From Octopus vulgaris (Eukaryota), in contig OX597820.1 in NCBI GenBank assembly GCA_951406725.2, forward strand, positions 6,572,001 through 6,636,000: a stretch of DNA of 64,000 nt. Reading direction: 5' to 3'. Position 1 is the first letter of the stretch; every line of letters begins with the position of its first letter. The notes beneath the pieces were generated by a model. That model searched no databases and was not told where the DNA came from. It saw nothing but the letters and a program-made list of their open reading frames with translations. This document shows positions 53,926 to 64,000 of the stretch, piece after piece. Position numbers and translations under genes: made by a program.

Positions 53926-55642
53926 GCATACATATACGTGTATGCATGTATAACTATACGACTCACTATAATAGCTCCATAATAAATCCATTTAAAGAAT
54001 GCCAATTGCTCGAAGCCACACAATGGCCCGAGGTTGGCATGTATTTCAAGAAATAATATTTTCTCATTAATACGATCCTCCATACACTTTTAGCAATACA
54101 AGTTCCCCGAACTTCCACACAAAGAAAAACAAATAAGCCTTCAGTAGAGAGAGAGAGAGAGGGAGGGAGAGAAAGAGTGTGTGTTTGTGTGCGTGTGTGA
54201 GCGATTATGAATTTATGTACAGGGAGTCTGAAAGAAAAAAGAGTGTATATACAGAGAGAGATGCGTAGCTAGATATAGAAACCTAGATAGGAATTGGAAA
54301 ATAGATATGTTTGGACCATCTTTTAGTATTATTCAAGACGTGTAAATTAAAGATTCGTAAACAACCGTAAAAGATAACAGAATTTTACCATTGAAATAAC
54401 TCCAAAAATTTAAACATATTCAGCTATATGAATACATGAATATATATACCTCTCATATATATATGTCCTTTGCCATCACCTTACCTAATACTTACTATCT
54501 ATCTACCTACCTACCTACCTACCTATCTATCTATATATCTATCTATCATGTATCTATCTGTCTACCTACCTATTTATCTATCTATCTATCATGTTTCTTT
54601 TGTTTTTTGTTTTCTTCATCCCCCAAAAGAAAAGCTCTACCTTGCAACTTGTCCCATCTGTGTGCAACCCTGTATGGCCAATAAAGAAACTTATCTATCA
54701 TGTATCTATCAATCTATCTATCTATCTATCTACCTACCTACCGACCTACCTACCAACCTACCTACCAACCTATCTCTCTCTCTCTTTCTATCTATCTATC
54801 ATGTATCTATCTTTCTATCTCTCTATCTGTCTACCTATCAATCAATCCATGTATTTATAATGTGTATTTGTGTGTGTGTGTATTTGTGTGTGTGTCTGAG
54901 TCTGTATGTGTATATATGTACGTGTAATGGATGCGTGTTTTCTGATAGATGTATACGTAGCTACGCACTTATGTGTAGAGTATATATTTAAAGGATATCT
55001 TTAAACATTTGCTGCACCCTTGGCTGTTCTTTCAGATCAAATGACAAACTTGTTTAACTAATGTTGTTGTTGTTGCTCACCTCAGTCCCTATTTAGTTGT
55101 GACTGAGCAAACAGATACTCAAATGCGTGCCATCCGTGATCAATGCCGCGGCTCCCTGATTCTCACGTCGTTATGTGGTGTAGATAGATTTACCATCTAT
55201 TTCTAGCAGTGTGGTGAACCCATGGGTATTCACTCCCGTGTTTATGGTGTTTTTTTATGAAGTTAGTGTCGTTGTTTTCCTCGTTCAATTCTTGGTTGAA
55301 TTACACAGAACAAACCTAATATCACAGACGTTTCGGACATGATCTTCACAATTTTCTTCAAATTTCCAAGTTCAGAATATATTTTCCGCCGTGTCCTTAT
55401 GCCTTCAAACAGCAGAGTCTGATATAGGAGGTACCTAGCTACTGTTTCTATGGGCCTAGGAGGCTTATGAGAAAATCAGAAAAGAAAAAAAAAAATGTAT
55501 ATTTAGATATTTTTTTCGTTCGTCTGTTAATTTGTTTGTTGTCTAGTTTATCCTTTTTATTTACTTTTCTGTTTGCGAAAACTCACAAAACATAAATAAA
55601 AGACACACAACACACACATATATATATTTGTTCAAGCAGAAA

Positions 55643-55760
<118 letters not shown>

Positions 55761-55816
55761 AATATATACATACATATACTTATATATATATATATACAAA
55801 TATATACATACATATA

Positions 55817-55852
<36 letters not shown>

Positions 55853-56011
55853 ACTATATACATATATATATATACAAACATAAACATATATATACATATA
55901 AACATAAACATATATATATGCATATATGTATATATGTTTATATATATATATATAGATAGATACAAACATATACTTATATATATATATATATATACACAAA
56001 TATATACATAC

Positions 56012-56055
<44 letters not shown>

Positions 56056-57240
56056 ACATACATATATGTGCGTATGTGTGTATGTATAGGTCTTAAATTA
56101 ATCAGTATATTACTGTTGGCTCCAAGTTTCGTGCTCTCACTTTGTTAGGATTACAATGTTCACAAATAGCCAGTGATTAGAGCCAAATTTAGACAAATTT
56201 TTTACAGCTTCCGTCAAACGCTATTCTCAAAGACATCAACTATTTTCTAATGATTGCAATGCTTCCAAATTAAAAGTGTCAGTTGTGAGAAACTACTGGA
56301 ATGAATTACTCAGGACGTAAATCAATGTTCTTACTTTTCTTCTCTTGGCAATATTTTTACTGCTTTATCGATTCCTCTCCGTTTTCTTGGAGAAAACATT
56401 GGCCAGTCTCTCCCTCTCTCCATCCCTCACACATTATATATATACATATACAATATATACATATAAACATATACATACATGTATATATAAATATATACAT
56501 ATATATATGTTTATATATATATATATATATATATACATAAATGTATGTATCGATGTATATTTATCTATATGAATTCCTACAATAGCTATATACGTAAAAA
56601 CATACCTATGCATAATATATTTACTTTCATATATATATATATATACACACACATAATATATATAAGCACACACATATATACACACGCACATATCTATGCA
56701 TACATATATATATATACATATGTATGTGTGTGTGTGAGTGTGTATGTATTGTTTGGTAAATCAAACCTTACGGTGTTTGTTTCCACTTTTCTGTTGACTG
56801 TTGGTTCCTGTTGGACGTAGACTTCGGTACCGAGGGGCGCCCCGTATTTCTATATCTGGTTTCGTTTTCATATTTCAAAAACGGAATGACGCGGTGCCCA
56901 CGACACTTTTCGGCGTCTCAGATGTGAGAAGGAGATGTTTTTTTAATAGATATTTTCAAACTTAAGTCCAGTGCAGAATACTTGCAAATGAGTGAAGTTC
57001 ACGAGTCGCGGTCATAATGTAAGTTTCTGGGATGAACTGGCTGGATAATTAACACCCAATACACACCTATACATACACTCACACACATGCGCGCATGTAT
57101 ATTAAATGGAAGGATAAAGAGTAAAAGAGTAGATAGTGCTTTCTGCTATCTACTGTTTACACTTTATTCTTCTATCTACTATTTTATTCCTGTATAATCT
57201 GCAGATTTTCCTGTCAAGAACTTTCATATATACTCACCTT

Positions 57241-57317
57241 GTCCCTGATGACGGAATACCCAGCGTGCGGCCATGCTAGCATACCACTTGAGATATCCCA
57301 GAAACAGCTGTAAGACT
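57241..57317 (+). ncRNA. Hammerhead motif in a PLE-like short repeat
   Basis: GTCC-CTGATGA(57245-57251)-CGGAATA..TATCCCA-GAAAC-AGCT-GTA(57310-57312)-AGAC; stems I and II imperfect. Confidence 0.55.
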
Positions 57318-58290
57318 TCAAAGTCACCTTAAAGTATACCTATGTATAATAATATTCTAAATGACTTGAGATACTCGTTCTGTCTTCGTTTTTGATGTCC
57401 ATTTTCCTCTAATATATGTATATATGCTGAAGCTGCCAGTTTCATGCATATTTATCATGGAAGTACCAGATGTACCAAACTCGAACACGAGTGGACGACG
57501 ACGACGAAAGATATATATATATATATATATATTTATAATGTCTTGGTATGCCACTGTCAACCATCGTGTTCCTGCTCCTGAAATCTTTTCTCTCAAACTG
57601 AAGCCCGGGTAAGTTTATTTATGCTACAGAACCAAGTGTACGGGCTGTAAAATCCTCCTGCCCACATCAGTGACGCTGTGATAAAGAACGGTCTGTAGCT
57701 ATAAAACTTGTCATGATACCAATGGCGTTTAAAAATTCCCGCAATTCCTAAAGAAGCGCAACAACATGTACAATATATTGTCTTATCTCAGCCTCAACAA
57801 ACTACACCAGTTCATTACTCCATGCTGGTACTTCAGAAGATGGAAAACAATTTTGAACCCAGAATTTAAACCATAGGCACACATACAGCAAAAAATGGGT
57901 GAGTGAAGCTAGATACTCTGAGAACCGCAAGTTTTACAGGTATTATAAATATAATCTCACACACAGGTAAGAGTCCTGAATACGTACACACAGGCACATA
58001 TAGTGATATAGATCAAGAAATTGAGAAATAGATACATGAATATATTTATGTAGATATTGTTAAGCCAATATCTACTCGTATACATACGGAAATAGATATA
58101 ATATACATTTATACTCCTCTAATTACAAACTTTATAATAATTTAGTTGAGATATACAATTATTGATACACATACTTAAACACACACACACATATTTATCT
58201 ATCTATGTATCCAATTATCTATTATCTATCTCGATGTATGTATATATATATATATATATGTGTCTCTATTAATAATAATATGTATGTATG

Positions 58291-58336
<46 letters not shown>

Positions 58337-59225
58337 TGTATGTGTATATGTATGTATATATATGTGTTTGAGTGAAATTACATATACTTATAGACAAAGG
58401 TTTCCATTTGGAGATAGGCATAATTAGATCAGTGTTAATCTTCACATCGTACTTATTAGGGTGGAAACCAGTTCTTGATAAGAACCATTCATTGGTAAGA
58501 CCAACAATAGCTTCAATATGGCATTGGGTAGTAATAATATTAATGATTTTATCGAATATATCAGAATTCTTCATTCCAAGCTGGGCTAAAATTAGGAAAG
58601 TCTTTTACAATGTGACAGAGGATAATAATTACAGCACGGCAAATCGGGGAACGCGAGGTGTTGGCGGGTGGGGTGGGGGATGTCATTGTGGATGGAATGA
58701 GAAATTTGCTGCAGATAATGGGGGTGGGGTGGGGTGATTTTGGTGATCATGACAGTGATGGTGCTAATGACGATGATGTTGTTAATAATGCTGGCGATGA
58801 AGATACTGATGACTGTGATGATGGCGACGAAGGGGAGGGAGAGAAGGGGAGCGGGTAGAGATGAAGTATCTTGAAGATGATAGTTATGACGTATATGATA
58901 ATGATAGTCATGTTGGGCATAAGAGTGATGATGATGATGATGATGATGATGACGATGACGATGATGATGATGTCTGTGATGCATGGTGGTGGTGATGTTG
59001 AACAAAAGGGGAGGAGAAAGTCAAATGTTGATAAAAATGACGTGGAGCGAATTACTCAAGATAATGATATCTATGTTAATGATGTTGATAATTCGGTAAT
59101 TAGAATCATATGTTAATTTTGATGGGAATAATGACGATAATAATTATGACGATGATAATGATATTATTTGAGAAATCCATTTCATTGAGGAGAACATTAT
59201 TACTATCACTATTCATAGCATTATA

Positions 59226-59278
<53 letters not shown>

Positions 59279-60849
59279 AACGACAACAACAAATAATAAT
59301 ATCAATAATTAAAATAAGATGATGATCTTACATCATTCATGAATATGATGTTGAAATTTTGAAGGCGATTTTTAAGTTAAACAACAATATTTGAAATGGA
59401 AGCAGGTGAGGGAGCGGAATATTAGATGGATGGAGATCTGGAAATGGAACCCAAAGGTAATTAAGTTGATGATTGAAGAATTCCTTTGCATTCTATTACA
59501 GTGTCTCTGAACGGACACCGTGAAAATGCATGCATGACCCTTGTTCTGTGATATCCGTTTCAGAGCATAAAACGTATTTGTATGGGTATCATGCAAATTA
59601 CTTCATGTCTCTTTTCTTCCCGGACTTCTGCAGAGACCCGAGTACTGCAGAGTCCAAGCGGTGAAGATATGATAAGCTCTCAAATCATGATTGAAGTATT
59701 CAGAAGGGAGTTTTTGGACAGCAAATAGGCCCAGGCCACAGCAAGGAAGGCCAGTTTTGTTAAGATGGACGAACATCGAAAGCAAACAGAGAACTTTTAG
59801 GACTGTTTGCTTTCCGTGATCCCTTTTTGAGCGATGTGAGCTAATCCGGAGAAAGAGTTCAAATTTTCATTACACATCATCGAGTGCTTGTAAAGAAGGG
59901 AGAAAATGTTATTTTCTGAGGATAACCGTGGTATGGGAATGCAAGTCGTAGGTGTCTAAAAGCGTAAGGATGTGAAGAGGGCTGCTGCATAACTGGAGTG
60001 GAGAAGAAGCGTATGTCAGTGGAAGCGGGCTATGGAGCATATGCGCATCGTTCACTTAGTAAAGTTGACGGATTTGCATGGGTAATGTTAGTGAGAAAGA
60101 GAAGAGACATTAAGAGCAAGCTGGATGCTATAAAGTAACATTAGAATATTTCTCCATGCCTAAAAAGAAGCACTGCTGAGGTGAGTAGAATATCACACAA
60201 ATACAGGTTAAGGCCTGATCAGCCTTTGTTGGCTCACCAGCAATGGATTCATATTTTAAGACTTGAAAAACTCTGGGACTCAAGGATATATCATTGCTAC
60301 AGCGCCAAAATATTGCTTCAATCAACGCATGAAGAACTGCTACCCATTTTCTAGGTCCCAGAAGAATAGAAGAATGTGGGTGTGCGTGCTTGTGTAATTT
60401 GATTTAGAAACAATGTGTGTTTCTGACGTAGCAGAGAAAATAATGTCTTTAAAAGTACAATTACAGTGAAGCAAGCATTCAGTAGAGTGTTAGATTATAA
60501 AAACCGGGTTTGCGGGAATAAGCGCTCTGTTTGATGTATTCCAGATGAAATAATAACATTAGCAATGATAGAATAAGAGACTTTTATAGACTTTTTATTA
60601 AAAGTACCAAATATGATGAGTAGAGAAATATTTTGTAAAGAGTAAAAGAAAATGGCTACGAATAAGGAAGCTTGTTGGTTAAAAGGAATTTGAAACCATT
60701 TAACGTTTCTTTATGATTTTGTTTATGTTGGCTGGTAAGATTTCGGTATCTACCTATGAAATGGATTCAGATAATTATACGTGTACTTACACTTCATTGT
60801 ACTCGACTCAAGCGTCCCTGGATGTTGGAAACGAGAGAAAAACACTTAA

Positions 60850-61260
60850 ATTATTAGCTTTACGTAGAAAATTTGAAATATTCTGTAGGTCAACGTTTGC
60901 AGCGAAGCGACGCTTTAGATTCACTCTGAAAGAAATTGTTGACGTTGAGGGCGACGATCAGAAGTCTGGTAACACCATGCTGAGATTCGACCATGCATTT
61001 TAAACTTGCTTCTTTATAGCTTATACTACATGGATGCCAACTTGATGTTATAGAGGAGTACTAGGTCAAAGACTTTACTGCAATGTGGAGAAACTCGGAG
61101 TGTAGACAATTCAACTGATATAAGACCATAATGTCGGAAATTACAGTGGAATGGCTCGATCCCATGGTCAAATCGAATGACCTTTATCAACAGGTTTTTA
61201 TAAAAGAATAAACTGGAAGTCATTGCACGTGTGCTATTAATAATACGGTGGAATCCGGGG
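60850..61260 (-). mobile_element. Possible highly decayed LINE RT remnant
   Basis: Weak resemblance: CSKVFDLVL..KL like DFSKAFD.V.H..KL, followed by GV- and FA-like motifs in the expected order. Confidence 0.3.
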
Positions 61261-62611
61261 TGGCGAGTTCGAATGAAGCGCTAGTAGTACAATAAAGTGA
61301 AAATGGATAAATTAACAGTTTTACTTCGTTGGTTGGAGTTTCAACCAAGTAATCACAGAATCGATATATTTCCATAGCCATAAATTACGATAGATCGTAT
61401 CTAATAATACTAATGTCTGGCTTGGAAAGAATAAACACCTCCGCATCAACAACGAAACTTTCCTATAATCCAATGAAACTATAAATCGAAATTCATAAAT
61501 ATAATACGTATATTCGGCAGAAGTCTACCAATATGAATTGTAAGAAAAAACTAAATTCATAACCGGAAATCACATCATTGCAGAAGCCTAAAATATGGTA
61601 ATTTATTTTGGTAAAGAAGACAGGATAGAATCTTTAGCATTAGAAAAAACAATTTTTCAGTTCCAAACGTTAACCGCCGTACCCCGTCGTGCAATGTGTG
61701 TAACCAAAAAAGAGTAAATGTTATTCTATGTCTTTGATGAAGGATATTAGTATTGTTGTTCAGAATGGTAACAACCGTACCAATTGCAATGAAGACGAAG
61801 CATGTGGATTATGCCAATGCCAAGGAATTTTCGCACTTTTGGTAGGCATTATGGAATGAGAATAATATCCGCAAAGTAAATCCGTTGTCAGATTCTCTAC
61901 TCGTATGTTTCTCAGAACCACATTCTTGGGTAACATGTAAATGGAATGGAAAGTTTGGCATATATACATCTGACAATTATTCTAGAGTTAGTTGACAAGA
62001 ACGTCATTACTACAACGAACAGAGCATTCAACAGAGACTTCATGGAGAGTTTAGCCGTTCAGCAATAATTATAATTTTACACTCAAATAAATCAGCCACT
62101 AGACTGTTTTAGACTGACAGCTTTTAGATGAGATGACGTACTATATTTTAAAGGGATATGTCCTATTGGGACCTTAGACACTCGGAAACTGGAAGACCTG
62201 CACAGAACGAATACGTCACCGTTTGGAACGCTTTCGGTGTCCTTTGGAGATATATTGTTCAAAATTATAAACTCATTCTATTTCTTTCTTTTAAGAACGA
62301 ACGACGGGTGAATTTTTCAGAAATATTAGCACCGATGAGGGATTTTTTATTTCTTTCTTTTATAACCGGGTCCCAGAGGCTTTTAAAACAAAAGGGACTA
62401 TTTTAATATCAGAGTTGTAATGGTTGTGAAACGTTTGCAGTAAAATGGACTACTGTGTTGTGATGTTAAGATAGATAAGTCCACCTAATAGATTATTTTC
62501 TCCCTTTATATATTTTCAAGGAACTGGGCATTCTGTAAGTCATGGCATTTTCAAATCTGGGATTTGAACAAATTCCACCACATAAGAACAAAGGGGTCTC
62601 TCTCTCTCTCT

Positions 62612-62665
<54 letters not shown>

Positions 62666-62687
62666 TGGTACAAAAACATTCTAGTCG

Positions 62688-62990
62688 ATCCAATCAACGG
62701 AACAACATGCTCGTGAAATAGGCAAGTGGTTGAGCACTCCACAGACACGTGTACCCTTAATGTAGTTCTCGGGGGAGGTTCAGCGTGACACAGAGTGTGG
62801 CAAGGCCGTCCCCTTTGAAATCCAGGTACATCAGAAACAGGAAGAAAGAGAGAAAGTTGTGGTGAAAGAGTACTGCAGGGTTCGCCACGCCCCATGCCGG
62901 AGCCTCGTGGAGTTTTATATGTTTTCACTCAATAAACACTCACAACGTCCGGTCTGGGAATCGAAACCGCGATCGCACGACCGCGAGTCC
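62688..62990 (-). mobile_element. SINE family B
   Basis: Reverse complement of ~20-322. Confidence 0.85.
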
Positions 62991-63028
62991 CGTGTCATTG
63001 CACTTCCACACATATCTATATATGCGTG

Positions 63029-63062
<34 letters not shown>

Positions 63063-63352
63063 TGCACACACAAATTCTACATAAATTCTAATATGTGTGT
63101 GTGTCTGAAAGATAGATAGTGTGAGTGTGTTCGTTTGCGTGTGTGCAGACTGTGACACACATACAAACGCATTTATTTCATCCAATTACCATTTTTTATT
63201 TTGCACAAAACTTTTTTTAAAGAAAATCATTTCTACTGTCTTTCATTATTTTTCTTTTTTATATTTTGGTTTTCGGAAATTTTAGATTTATTTGCAACAA
63301 TAGCTATTGAGGCATCGCTTGCTTAGCATAAACACAGGCTGATATACGTCTT

Positions 63353-63400
<48 letters not shown>

Positions 63401-64000
63401 TCATATATATATATATATATATACACACATGTAGGTGTGTATATGTGTGCGTCTACCAACATATTTGTGTACAATGACATACTTGAAAATTTTATGCACA
63501 TAATCTATCGGGTGATAACAACTGTTATCCATTAAGGGGCACTCACACAAACACATACATACATACATACATAGATATATACATACATACATATATATAT
63601 ACACAGATACATAATTAATCACATATGTGTATACACACAGAGACACACATCTTTATATGAAACTGTATGTCTTTATATTGTCAAAGCGAGTGGTTGGCAC
63701 TAAATTTCATACAAAGGCAAAACAGAGATTGAGACAAGCTCACACACACCCACACACGCGCCTACAAATACTGATACAGGCATGAATGCACACACGTACG
63801 CTTGTATGTTGGTGTGTTTCCCTGTGTTCCATTGAATGCGTCAATATCGATTTCCTGGTCACAGAATCCTCCTCCCCCTACCACCACAGCTTCTACCCTC
63901 ACCCTCTTGCCCTTTCTTAGAATCGTTACAAGATTTACCAAAGGTGCGACTTCCAAGCTTAACACAGTATTCTTCGTTGTCAACTAATTGTTTGTCGTTT

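Noticed and set aside
59778-59814. 12-bp-stem hairpin GAAAGCAAACAG/CTGTTTGCTTTC
   Set aside because: Isolated, too short for a pre-miRNA, no supporting context
61763-61840. Short open stretch NGNNRTNCNEDEACGLCQCQG between AG and GT
   Set aside because: Too short, poor polypyrimidine tract, no recognisable domain

Overview
AT-rich animal genomic DNA with dense microsatellites ((TA)n, (TACA)n, (GA)n, (TAA)n). The SINE families resemble those I recall from Octopus/coleoid cephalopods; this organism call is inference. I found no convincing host protein-coding exon, so the window looks like a large intron or gene desert, and almost all ORFs in the track are microsatellite artefacts. The real coding remnants are retrotransposon fragments: a Penelope-like (PLE) GIY-YIG endonuclease between inverted pseudo-LTRs, a decayed R4/Dong-type element in a stack of insertions in (TAA)n, CR1-like fragments and two RTE-type 3' ends. 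There are also at least four tRNA-derived SINE families, a hAT MITE and a Helentron-type non-autonomous element. The most striking signal is about a dozen intact or decayed minimal hammerhead ribozyme motifs (CUGANGA...GAAA, often palindromic stem III, NUH) in several unrelated short repeats. One of these is a tRNA-headed SINE-like element with a hammerhead and PLE-style tandem/inverted ends, present twice. All coordinates and folds were read by eye and need computational confirmation.
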